DNA from: Oculina patagonica
Lineage: Eukaryota
Assembly: GCF_052425735.1 (NCBI RefSeq)
Contig: NC_135763.1
Location: forward strand, 310,001 to 374,000
Direction: 5' to 3'
DNA length: 64,000 nucleotides
In this document: one piece after another, positions 41,401-53,441 of the stretch
Layout of the letters: every line of letters starts with the position of its first letter
Numbering within the stretch: the stretch's first letter is position 1
Notes under the pieces: generated by a model
What the model saw: only the letters and a program-made list of their open reading frames with translations
Databases searched by the model: none
What the model was told of the DNA's origin: nothing
Translations under genes and position numbers: made by a program

Positions 41401-41925
41401 TGCAGGGAGAAATATCTATAAAGCATTTCCAAGAGTACAAGTTTCCCTCAAAGTTATCAGACGATCTATTATATTCATCTTGCGTGGTTCGGGCGAGTTA
41501 AGATATCACGAAATTCCGCCTCTTGAGTTGTTTTCTGCCACTATGTTGTGCAAAAGTGACCTGGAGATGCCTTGAAGTATGTTTAAAAAACATTTGCGCA
41601 GTAGATACGGCTTCTACATCACTACAGATTAAAAAGAAAACCAATGTTTTTCCAGATCCAGCACTCCAGCCTTCGAAGCAGTCATTTTGTTGATGCGCAT
41701 ATGACGTCAGCATGCTCTCGCCCCAACTAGTTCCAGATCTCTATTTGGTCCTCGGACATTTTTGAATCTAGTAATGGCGGCAAGCCAAAGCCGAAGTTTA
41801 CGCGTGAAATAAGTGGTCTTCCAATTCGAATTTGAACTTAAAATTTGGCAAGGTTACTATTTAATGTAAGTACTTTCAAAAACCGAAGAGAAAAGGGAAG
41901 GTAAAATTTTGATCATAGTACCACT
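38458..41925. mobile_element. Decayed 3.5-kb Kolobok-like DNA transposon
   Basis: TTAA|AGTGCTACTATGACCAAAATTTT ... AAAATTTTGATCATAGTACCACT|TTAA (two mismatches). Inward-facing TGACGTCA/ATGCGCAT motifs near both ends; acidic/Ser-rich ORF remnant at 38693-39091; nested SINE pieces. Confidence 0.7.
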
Positions 41926-42117
41926 TTAACAGAGTGGTGAAAACTACATGATCACAATTTATCTTCTCCCTGTGCCATAAAATTTGCCACTTACCAGTTC
42001 GAACCAAACTAGGCATAACCCGGAAACTCTTTTTTCCTGTTCCGGACTGAATCTCTAAGGCTATAATTTATTATGGATCAAGTCAATGGAAGTGACGTCA
42101 AAACGGGCACTGAGCTG

Positions 42118-42171
42118 CAACCTCGTTCCCAGGGTCCTCTTCTTGGGAAGAGGACCCTGGGAACGAGGTTG
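42118..42171. mobile_element. 54-bp perfect hairpin mini-element with 9-bp target site duplication
   Basis: CAACCTCGTTCCCAGGGTCCTCTTC-ttgg-GAAGAGGACCCTGGGAACGAGGTTG flanked by ACTGAGCTG on both sides. Confidence 0.8.
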
Positions 42172-42502
42172 ACTGAGCTGTTACTCGTTTGGTGATCTAA
42201 TGATCGTTAGGTCTCGTTATTTATGAATAAATCAACAAAGAATAGTAGAATAGATTTCTGGTACTGAGTGCAAGTGAGTCAGTAGCTCGTTTGGTCGCTT
42301 AGCATATCTCTATTGACTTTTCGTACAAAAAGTTAACATAAGCGTGCTTTTGAAGGAAGAACAAGACATTTTATTCAGCTAAGTCCACTAAGCGCAGGAC
42401 GCACCGGCATAAGGCAATCTCGTTTGCAGGGTCTCTCTCTCTCCCTCTGCGCTGTTTGTTTTATATTTTTAATCAAGCTACGTTTGCCTAAGAACAAGAG
42501 TC

Positions 42503-42655
42503 AATAGATCATATTCGTATTATCGGTATTAAACTGAACTGCTTGCAATGGAGGCTAATGCGGGAATCTTTTCAAATGCAAATCACATGAAAAGCTGGCA
42601 TTAGCGAACATTGCAAGCTAGTTCAGTCCATTACCGAGAATATGAATATGGTATT
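42503..42655. mobile_element. Palindromic MITE; better-preserved copy at 62640-62814
   Basis: AATAGA.CATATTCGTATT ... GAATA.GAATAT.GT ends; shared interior gcttgcaatggaggctaatgc. Confidence 0.65.
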
Positions 42656-43124
42656 TTACCGATTGCCTCGTTAACTATCCGTCTTTGCCATGTTTATATA
42701 TTAAAGGGACAAGTTCATGGTACGGCGCATGTACAAGTTATGACGCAAGCTATTGTTCATAGACCAATCGGAACCGTACCGAACTTGCAGCTAACCAAGT
42801 TATATCAAAAAGTCATAACCGGCTGTTTCTTTGCATTTTTAGTAAAAAAAATATTGATTCCGTTTGTTTTTTCGTATACTCTTCTACGATTTTCTAAGCG
42901 GTTTCTCACTTTAACTTGCATGTTTACTGCTAGTTAGTCATAACTCGGAATTTTAAGCAAGAAACTTGAATAGTTCTTAAATAGAAAAATGCAACATTAC
43001 AGTTTCAATTTATTATCTCCGAGCTGTAAAAGTCATTTGAATAGCTTTAACAGAAATTCAGTTCACGTCACTTGGGGTTTGAAGAGATTCGCCAGGTCGC
43101 CATGGTAACATTTGCATGATCGAG

Positions 43125-46100
43125 TCACATGGTCATTGGCTCTAACACAGTAATGACGTCACTCATTGTTGAGCGCTTGGTCGGATCCTTTGCAATGCAC
43201 TGTTCAGCTAAATCTCTTAGATTTTTGTTCCACATCAATGCAATTTGTTTCTCTCTTTCATCAGGATTCGGTGTTTGGTTGGTGCACAGTTCACAAAGAA
43301 GCACACCAAAACTGTAGACGTCGATCTGTTTGGGAGAAAAAAAAGACAAAGAGAAGAATAAGTAAAATGTTTGCCATTATTGAGTCACACACTGAAGGGC
43401 GTTTCTTAATATCGACATTCAGGCGAGTACTTCTTTAGTGTGAAAATGTTACACTCATCATTTCCGTGTATGGCCGTGTTGCCATTGGCCGATACTCAAT
43501 TATAGTCCTTGAATTGATTGAGAGAGGCACTGTGTGAGTTAGCACAAACAGTGACCTCAGCTTGTGCTCTAATCTCGATCTGTAGGTCTTAATTAAATCC
43601 AACGCACAAAATCGAAGGATTTTTTTCTTCCAAGTCTCCTTGGCGCCAAGGAGACTACAGTTAAATTCCGATAACTCAAACCACCCGGTAACTCGAGCCT
43701 ACCTTTAACTTCCCCTTTAGGTCACTTTCGTACTAATTTTACCCTCGATAACTTGAACTTCCGATAATTCGAACCTTTCTCAATTTCCCTTGAAAGTTCA
43801 AGTTATCAGGATTCAACTGTACTTTAGGGTGTTTTCTGATAACAACGATAAACCTATGACGTCATAAGATCCAAAATGGCGACGCGCGCCAAATGTTAAG
43901 CTCAACTTGGTTAATATTTGAATCCAACTTTCAACGAAACTCGGGAGCCCATTACCCTGTCGCGACAATTTATTCCAACTTATGTAGATTTCCGGCTATA
44001 ATAAAACAGTGGATTGTGCTTTGCATGGTAAATAATTGTTTGGCGTTTCAAAAAAAGGACTTCCTACCTTAGGGGACTGGTGCGAGCTGCTCGCCTCTGG
44101 AGCCGAGTAGAACGGATTGCCCGGATTTTCTGACATCTTGCTCCCCATGAACTCCGCTGATCCAAAATCGCAGAGTTTCCCGCGCCATTTGTCGCCTTGT
44201 CGCCAAACCATGACGTTGCCGCTGTTGACGTCACGATGCAGTATGGGATTGGGTCGAAAGCAGTGAAGGTAGTTGAGTCCGTAAGCCACATCAAGCGCTA
44301 GTACTCTGATGTATCTATTGCCTAAAGTTTTTTCATCCCTCACCAGCTGCGAGAGAGACATGTCCATGAGCTCTGCAACCAACAAAGGCTTACTAGAACG
44401 GTATTCCGCCACAGCCAAGAATTGTAAAATGCACGGATGTCTCACTAACGTAGCAAATGTGATTTCGCGATCGAACAGGAGTCTGTTGTGTGCAGACTGA
44501 ATGATTTCGTGGATTTCTTTCACTGCCACTTTTGTGCCTCGAAAATTCCCTTCCACAACTCTTCCCCACGCGCCAGTACCTAGAACCTTGTCAGAAAGTT
44601 TAATTTCATCTTTCGTGACCATCCACGGCTGTTCCCCGCGAAAAATGTCGGTAGTTTGACGAGCTCTTTCGATTTCGTGTTCTAAGACGCGAGCCCGTCT
44701 TTGATGTGTTTCTACATCCGCTTCAGCGCGTTGCAAACGTTCTTCACACGCACGCTTCTCGTCACGTAACGTATCGTACGCGCTTCGTTGTGCCCTACGC
44801 TCATCCTGCCATTGTTTCTCTAGTCGATCCAAGCGGTCAGAAGTCCCTTTCCTTGATTTCTCTAGAGTCTCCAAAGTTCTGTCTTTCTCAAAAAGGAGGT
44901 TGTCTTTTCGTCTTAGTTGCTCTCGGAGCTCACCACGTTCATCATTTGCCTGTCTCAAAGCCTGTTCCTTTTCTGTTAATCTAATCTCTATGTTTCCAAG
45001 GTACGCCAGGCCTCTCTCTTTCTCTCTGTTTAACCTGTCAACTGAAAACTTTCGTTCCAGGCTAATCTTGTCATTTTCTCTTTTCTCCTGCTGCAAAGTT
45101 TCTTTCTCGCGCTTGAGTGAGTTAATTTCATGATCTCTGGCCTTGAGGGTGTTTATTTTTTCTTGTATTTGTAGCTTGAATCGCTCGTTTTCCCTTCTAA
45201 TGGATTCGAGTTCGACTCTGGTATCTAAATCAGAGCTAAGTGCACTTGCGGAATGATGAGTCTTGTTCAGCTTTTTATTGTTCATGTTCTCCATCGCACT
45301 CTGCATTTCTTTCACGATCTCTTCTTGCTCGGCTAGCTGTTTTCTCAACAGTTCAGCATTTTCGTTTGCTTCTCTAAACAAACGTTCCTTTTCTCTCAGC
45401 TCGGACTCTTTCTCCTCGATCCGTTGCGTGAAAACCTGCATTTTCTCATGAAAAGACTGAATGACAAACTCTTTTCCTTCAATGACCTGCTCTTTTTCCT
45501 CAATTCGTTCCAAATGACGTTCTCGTTCATTTGTTAAACGATCGAGAATTTCCTTGCCCTTAGATAGAATTTCATTTTTTCCGTGTAGTTCAATTAACAA
45601 ATGCTTCATTTTTATTTTCATGGCCTTCTTCTTACGAGGAATTTGCTTTTCCAAGAATTCTTCGGAAAGTTCTTCATCTCCTTTGTTGGGACTCTCCGCT
45701 TTTAATTTTTCCCGCTTCTTCTCTTTCTTTGGTTTGGCTTTTGCCATCGGCTTGTCACGTGACTCTTCAACATCCGGAATTCCTGAAGGTGCAGTGTTTT
45801 CTTCATTCTCGTTGTCCACAATTTGGAAAGTTCTTTCAACGTCTAAAGAATCTTGTGAATTAAATTCTGGTACTTCTCCTATTCTTTCGAGCTCTTTTAT
45901 ACTCTGAAAAATATGAAATAATATGGATGGATTTAAAATCGAGAAATGGTTGACATGTTTAAGATTGGGGTAGTGTTTTAACGAACGCACACGTATTCCG
46001 TGACAGCCGACAGCCGGAAATGCGTCTGTGTGTTTTATGTAAACCGTTTGTTTACTTGCTAATTAATTTAATTTTCACAATAAAATGGAAAAAACTTTTC

Positions 46101-46932
46101 ATTCAAATGCTAGCGTACATTTTTATTTGTTGCAAAATACTGTTGGCCAACCAAAGAATGTTGTTCTCTCCCCATTCTCCCAGTCATATGTTTTCTTTCT
46201 TCTCTGTTCTACTCAGACGAAATCTCGTTTGTCGCTCTGTGACTCGTTTTGGCAGCTCAAATTTGACTGACAAATAAAGAAGAAAAAACTTATCGAACCA
46301 TGCAGGGTACGTGAATTTTTTGAACTTCAAGTTTATCAATAAATTAGTGACTTGGGCTTCCGTCTGCGTGGAGCTTGTGAACCGGTGCTGTTCCAGATTA
46401 AATACTTTAAATCTTTCGATTTTAATTCTGTCATACGGAATGCTTTAGGATAATTCTTCTTACAGCTTTAAATAATGGCAGTGTAGGTGAAATGCAAAGC
46501 AATAAATGAGTCATAAATAGAGAAGCTAAGTGAATTTATGCTGAAAGTAATAGTGCTGCAACGGTCTGAGTCTATTTTGGTCAGCGGATGGGTTTATAGG
46601 TAAAAGACTGGCGTCAGAATTATACCGTTTAGGTTTTGGTTTAGGTTAAATAAAAATAAATAAAAAGTAAAGGTTCCATGTATATCCAATATATCCAATC
46701 AATATCCAATGTAAACAAATATCTCTTTCTACCTTTATCTGCACGTTGAGATGTTACTTCCTTTGATATTCCCATTGTTGCAATGGATCGTCAGTGAATT
46801 TTGTCAAATTGCAGAAATGTTCAAGTTACGCCTGAGAGAAGGCTCTCTTAAGTCATTATTGAATCTATTCATGTTGAGAAAGAGACTGAGTACAGTGAAA
46901 AATAGCAAGCACTTACTTACCGTATTTCCCAT
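43125..46932 (-). CDS. Coiled-coil + C-terminal TKL-type Ser/Thr protein kinase (paralog A)
   Basis: Exons 46932-46921 (MGNT, tentative), 45903-44068, 43325-43125. Motifs LGTGAWG, VAVK, HRDVNSGN, DFG, YSAPE and DVYSFG are all intact. Confidence 0.88.
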
Positions 46933-48292
46933 GGTTGACTTCTGATTGCAGCGGAAAAATCACAACTTTCAAATTCTTTAACAAAACCGATTCAAGTCGG
47001 CGAAGGCTTATGACCAGGAGTCCAATTCAGTTGAAACACGCATAAACTTCTGTTGATTCTCTTCCACTAAAACAGCAGATCTAGACAAAGTTAAATCGTC
47101 TTCTCGTCGGGATAGGAGAACGTACGCCAGACTGAACAAACCAAAGGCATGAACTCTGTTCTTAGCGGAAATTCGTTCTGCGTTCGCAGGCTACTTATTA
47201 TTCAACCGCTTTCTTTCCCTGGCTGAGTTACCAATAACAAAACAACCTGCTCACGTGTAAATTATGCATTGTGAAGCTCAATTCATGCTCAAAATACACG
47301 CTACGTAATCAGGATAAAGACAATAAATGATAATTAACTGCTAAAGACAACAGAACAGCACTCAAGCGGCAAGTCACAAGACTCCTGATTTCACTGCCAC
47401 TTCCTTTGATGTCACTAAGTTTACTTTTACCGCCTACTTTCGAAGTACTCTTTTAGAGAACTACCTTCCGTTGCAAAACAGAACAGAGCACAAAAAAGAA
47501 CATTTCCCGTCTTAGTTAAGGCCTATAACAGGTCGAGTACGTTAAGAGTTGAGAAACCAGTTCCAAGCTGATAGTTGCACGTTTTGCAGGAGTTTCTTAA
47601 GCATTTTTTGAGGCGCTTATACAACTGATGAAAATAACTCCACTGACAAAAGTTCTCCTGAATTAACAAAAGTTCTTGGCCGATGCAAGTTTGTCGACCG
47701 ATATAATATAAAAACGACTGAGCACACAGAGTTTCTCAGGCATTTTTATAAGCCAATTAAAACTGTCATTTACATTTCTTGACTTATTTCAAACGACTTG
47801 GTTAACTTAAGTAGACTAAGTAAACAGAGCAGGAGTATCTCAGGTATTTTAATAACACAATGAAATTTTCTTCCCTGAACTTAGACAGCGACAGAAAGAA
47901 GGCGGGGCGCGCGCGCGTGCGGGGAGGTGGGGGGGGGGGGGAGGGAAGGCTTTAAATAAAAAGCAGTAGATCCCTCTATTTTTCTCGCCTCTCAAACTCC
48001 ACTAGCTTCCACCCCCGCGCACTTCCGCCTCTGCGCTCGCGTCCAGTCCTCCCGCGATTCTTTTGGCGGACCAGTTGATGATCGAAAAAAACGGAAACAA
48101 AGAGAGCTGCGGGCGGTCTACAACTAACATAAAAATTCTCAATCGATGAAAGATTCCCGACAATCCAAAACAGTATTTTGCTATCGTGCTGCTTAATACA
48201 GCAAAAATTGTATGTGAAGACTGCTGCTGTAAAAATTATTTATTTACTACAAATTATTTATTTACAACAGTCTCGAAAAGAAGAAAAATAAA

Positions 48293-48402
48293 AAAAACTG
48301 GGGGTGGCTAGCCCTTCGGATTTCACCAAGCCGTTCCAAGTCAGGAGGCCCGCTAGGTATCTCCCATTCGCTACGGCTTTAGTATGCGGGATCAGAGATC
48401 CC
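48293..48402 (-). ncRNA. Divergent U6-like Pol III small nuclear RNA, copy 2
   Basis: GGGAUCUCUGAUCCCGCAUACUAAAGCCGUAGCGAAUGGGAGAUACCUAGCGGGCCUCCUGACUUGGAACGGCUUGGUGAAAUCCGAAGGGCUAGCCACCCCCAG + T8; one substitution relative to copy 1. Confidence 0.75.
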
Positions 48403-48424
48403 ATTCCTGTCTCTTCCAGAGGGG

Positions 48425-48667
48425 CTTTTTAACCATTCAGTTCAAGCAGCGCCATCCATATGGTAGTTGTTTAATAGTTACTTATAAACTTGACTCATTA
48501 AAGAGCCATATTAAAGTTGTTATTTTTGCCAACCTTCATTATTGGACCTTTTACAACAACAATATGCCGAATTTCAGCAAAACAGAACGATGACTAGTTC
48601 TTACCAATACGCATGCGCATTATTCGTCTGGACGCTCAAGTGGGCTAATTAAATATGCAAGAGAGTT
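48425..48667 (-). promoter_or_regulatory. Type 3 Pol III promoter of copy 2
   Basis: TTAAAAAG at about -30, PSE-like block from about -51, TACGCATGCGCA at 48608-48619 and GCTAATTAAATATGCAAGAGAGTT at 48644-48667. Confidence 0.7.
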
Positions 48668-49615
48668 ACCCCCTCTTAGAATTTTCATTCCAACAGCATG
48701 CTAGCCGCTACAAGACCAAAACAAATAGCAATGAAGACAAGTTTGCGATTCCAGGAAAAATTATATAAATTAGATGATTTTTTGTCGATTCATTTTGCTT
48801 CGTATGTGAATCACTTGTTACCTAATTAAGAGCATAAGCTCATGGTCATTTTCCAGCCGTTTTGAGAGCCGTTCTTTGAGCGTCCTGACGAATAAAGTGT
48901 ATGTTCCTTTATTTTTTTCTGTCGCTGTTTCAATGGTGTGTTGCTTGTCAGTTAGACTTTCTAAAAGTCGTTCGCTTTTCGTTTCCGGTTCGCGCTCGCT
49001 CTCGCGCTCTGGGTGCTCTCTTCGCGCTCTGGGTGCACTCTTCGCGCTCTCTGAGCTCGACTTGTAGGCAAGTCTACTTGTCGGTATTTACGCTAATTGG
49101 ACCTCAATTTCTGTACAACCTGGAAGGACGAAATAGGACTCGAACAGGCTATCTTTCCGTCAACAGTCTTTTCAGGTCGCCATAACATGATGCTAGGTTA
49201 CGCAATCACGCCTTGGTACGAACACATCACCTTTTTCATCATCAAATAAGCCAACAGCGAAAGGGACTAGCTAACATCTACTTAAGTACCAGAGTACTCC
49301 AGGACGAACAATAAATACTTCTAGATGTTCAGTGATTATCTTTTAATACTATGGAATAAACGGTATTTTCCTAAACCGGAGCATTAATTTCTGCCTAACT
49401 GGTTCAGTCTAAGTTATTAAGTGCCTTTTGAAGAGAAACTGACAGAGGCAGCAAGTAACTCAAGTGACGAGCCACTGATATTTTTTATTGTTTTATGAAA
49501 ATTAAAAACCGAAGTACAATAATGTAAATGCTAAAAACCGTGGAAGGCTTGAAAAGCCATTTGAGAGAGTTGATACAAGCGCGTGATAAAGACATAAAAA
49601 TGCCAAAACGAGATT

Positions 49616-52138
49616 CTACAAGGTGGCTGTTCTTCCATTTATCGTCACAAGTCCCTGAGCTCGCAGAGACTCAGCTTGTTGAGTCAACACTAAAATGACG
49701 TCACTGATAGCTGGACGCGCCTCAGGGTCCCTCATGACACAACGCATAATGAGCTCTCGGAGGACACCGTTAGTTACCAGGCCTATCTGTTCTTGGATCT
49801 GCTGCGGGACCGGAAGTTCTCTGATACACATCTCGCACAACAATAAACCGAAACTGTAAACATCAGCCTGGAAAATAATACATGAGAAACAAACAGTTTT
49901 TGGATGAAAGATGGACGAATAAAAGGAATTTTCCTCAAAAGGACAATTGTTGTATGATCTACTAATCAAATTGATATAAGTAGGAAAAAGGAGGAATCTG
50001 AAAAATGACTCAGTAGAGGAGACTGAAGTCCATTTCAGTTAAAATTGGGAAATTCACGTAGGGCAGCGAAGAAAAAAAACCGCACTACTAAAACAGCGTA
50101 AATTTTGTCCAAGCGCATATTATGCGCTTGAACGAGTGTTGTTGTTTTTTTATATGGAATAGAGTCATGTAAAAAGGCCGCAATTTGCCACAAATAATTC
50201 TGGTTTTCAATCCCGAAGCTCTACCTCTCTTCCGTTTTCCGTTATTTTATACTAACATTAACTACATTCTCACAACTTACTTGCATTAATTTGTTATAAA
50301 AAAGAATCTCTTAGTTATTCATGCTTGCGATTAAAGCGTTACAGAGGAGACGTTTCTTTAGCCCATCACGCAGTCTTTTCCCTAACGAAAAAGGTAAGAT
50401 TGGGTGGCTGGCCAACAATTTTCAGATATTTTATAATCACCTTTGGCGACTGTTGAGAAGTGAGAGCCTCAGGCGCGGCATAAATCCTCGCTCCTGGATT
50501 GACCGTCATGTACTGGCGCATGAAATTTGCCGCTCCATAATCTGACAGCTTGGCCCTCCAACTGTCATCCCGTCTCCATAGCAACACGTTGGAACTACTG
50601 ATGTCTCTATGCATGATGGGAAAAGGCTTATTTAGATGGAGATAATTAAGTCCTCGAGCGACATCCAAAGCGAGGCAAATGATCTCTTCCTGATGTAATG
50701 CACGCTGAGTTAAAACGTTCCTCAAATCTGTATCAAGCAGCTCGGTTACAAACAATGGGCTTCCATCATCATTAGTCGCACCAATAAACTGTAACAGATG
50801 AGGGTGCCGACACCGTGACGCAATGCTCATTTCCCGCTCAAAAAGTCTGCGATTGTGAGGCGAGAGAATAAGCTCGTGAATTTGCTTTACTGCAACTTGA
50901 CAGCCGCGAAACATTCCTTCGTACACCTTGCCCCAGGCCCCTACACCTAAACTGTTTTCACTCAGAGTCACTTCCTCGCGTCGAATGATCCAATCACGTG
51001 GTTCGAGGCGCTGATACTCGGCCAAGGTCTCTTGCGCAGCAGACACCGCTGATTGTAACTCTCGCAGGCGTCGGTCGCTTTCGGACGCAGTTCTTTCGCT
51101 GTCGCGGATGCGTTGTTCATAGTGCTCGCGCTCTCGTTCCAGGTTTTCTCGATCTTGCTGTAAGGTTCCTCTTTCCTCAGTGAGTTCTCTCTCTCTAGAC
51201 ATGCGTCTGCTCCTTTCTTGCTCCAGTTCAGTCTGTACGCTCCTCAGTCTGTCCTGTAAGTTCGTCTTCTGTTCACGTTCTAGCTGCAAGAGCCGTAACT
51301 GTTCCGCAATAGTGTCCTCTTTCGCTTGAACATCTTCTCGGCTGGACTGACTTGACAACCGTTCATTTTCTAGTCTTCTCTCTAACTCAGTACAAGCACT
51401 TCTAGCTTGGCGTAGCTCCTCTTCAACTCTCAATCTCGCTTGTTGCTCTTCGCCCAAAGTTCCTTGTAATCCATGGAAGTTTGTCTCTTTTTCTCTTAGC
51501 TGTTGTTCTCTCATGTTACGTACTGTTTTCTCTTCATCAAGCGCCCGCCGAACCCGCACAAGATCACTCTGAACTTTACGCAAATGAGCATTTGCTTCAC
51601 GTTCTTGTTCAAGCTCGTTTTGAATCTGCCGTACAGAAACTCGTTCTTGTTCCAGCTCATTAGATAACAAGGCTAAATTAACAGTTTGTTGAGTTAAGGT
51701 GTGATCTTTTTCTGTCAAAGCGTTTTCTAAAACTCGGATTCTTTCATACAGACGTTCCTGATCGGCCGAATAACCAATCTCTAAATCTCTTATCCGCCCA
51801 AGTTGGCGATCTTTCTCCTCTTCCATTTCTTGTAGCTTTCCTCTTTCTATTTCCAGAAGTTTTTGGTGTTGCTGTAAGTTTTCTCTTTGTTCCTTGCTGT
51901 GCTGATCGAGTAGCGTGATATGTGACTCCATTTCTTTATGGTGAAGTAGAATATCTGGTTTAACAGGTTCAGAGCCGGTTGCTACAGCGTTGTCACTGTT
52001 TGTGACATCCGAGGCTTTCCGTCGCCTGCTTCTTGTTTGTATCGCGGTGTCTGCTGGGTCATTTTTTTGCTCCTTCGTTCGTTCCTCCAAACATTCGGAT
52101 TCAGTGTTGTTGGTAGCACTGGAAGGAGAGGCTGGCAT
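49616..52138 (-). CDS. Coiled-coil + C-terminal TKL-type Ser/Thr protein kinase (paralog B)
   Basis: Exons 52138-50441 and 49867-49616; a possible upstream in-frame exon lies at 52515-52466. Motifs LGVGAWG, VAVK, HRDISSSN, DYG, YAAPE, DVYSFG. The intron after 'SPK' is at the same position as in paralog A. Confidence 0.88.
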
Positions 52139-52620
52139 TTTGGCCTGAAAGTTCAAAAGAAACACACTGCAAAGTCTCAATACGTTCAAAATCTAAGTTT
52201 TGAGAACTTTTTAAAAGATCAAGGCAGTGTCCCAACTTGTCAGCTTGAAAATGTATTGACCTTCCCTCAGTTTACGGAATCCGAAACTCAAGAGCCTGCT
52301 CGCAGGCTATTGCAACTACGAAGTTCGAGGGCTTACTTGCTAGATTTGAGGAAAATGTATGGTGAACTGCATGTAAGGCTAAATTTTGAAGTAGAATTAC
52401 GCCAAGCACTGTTTTCAATTGCAGCGTGGCTTATGCAGTAAAGATAACCACATCAAATCACTTACCGGAGCAGACTTTGATCTATCTGTGAAGAGCTTTT
52501 TACGAGCGTGTTTGCCTGTATAGACAAAACAGACAATACTTAACTGTGCTCAGGTATTAGCAAAGTTATTCGTTTTTTAAAGAAACTATTGCGCTTTGGC
52601 AGGCACAGGCAAATTTGGAC

Positions 52621-52684
52621 AGCTGACGTTTCGAGCGTTCGCCCTTTTTGCTTCATCGAAGGGCCAACGCTCAAATCGTCAGCT
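52621..52684. repeat. Inverted pair of Penelope hammerhead-tail remnants (small hairpin)
   Basis: AGCTGACGTTTCGAGCGTTCGCCCTT ... AAGGGCCAACGCTCAAATCGTCAGCT; same motif family as 34205-34229. Confidence 0.5.
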
Positions 52685-53441
52685 CTCCAAAAATTTGCTA
52701 CGCAGGTTAATATATATTTATTAACTCTAAGTGAGCTCAATAAGAATATAATTTCTATGTCTCCTTATGTCCAATTTCCAGAAAATAGCTACAACATAGC
52801 CTTACAGATGAGAACAGACATCAGAGGAAGCCAAAAAAGATTTAAGGGGGCAGACCCTTCACTCCAGAGCCGTTACTAAGGACGCTCTCTTGAAAATTTA
52901 TATTTTCAACAGTTTTTTGTGTTTTGCTGCAGCCGCAATGGCTGCAAGCAAAACACATTGAGAGCTGAAGTTTGTGCCGTAAGTGCCGTAAGGTGTAAGT
53001 GCCGTAACAGAGGAGAAATCTGAACTACCGATGTCAATCAAATCCATGAACAAACAAAATCGAAACCAATGAACCGTAGCGCTGATCGCATTCGAAGTTA
53101 CGGGCCAAAGTATTCGAACGCAAACCACGTTGGACACGTTGGAAAACAGAAAACCGATTTAAAAGTATATCGCATTGGGAAAGAAAACAAACTGTGGCGC
53201 GACCACTCCAGTTTTATGAGAAAATTATTCTGCAGTTTTCATCATTTACGAAAAGAGCGAAGACTTGGAACCTCGCCGAAGGTCATAAATATTTTCTCCA
53301 AAGGACCGGTTAGTGCACAGTTTGTAAACTTTCGCTTTGAAAATAAACTTACCCTCACCTTGTCTACACTGTCTACAGCATACTAGTACTGTATTAACTC
53401 TGAACTTCATATTTTAAAATAAAATGTATGAACGTGTAACT

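Noticed and set aside
44309-45907. Plus-strand Ser/Phe-rich ORFs (also 31017-31415 and 50998-51663)
   Set aside because: Antisense shadows of E/K/R-rich coiled-coil coding sequence.
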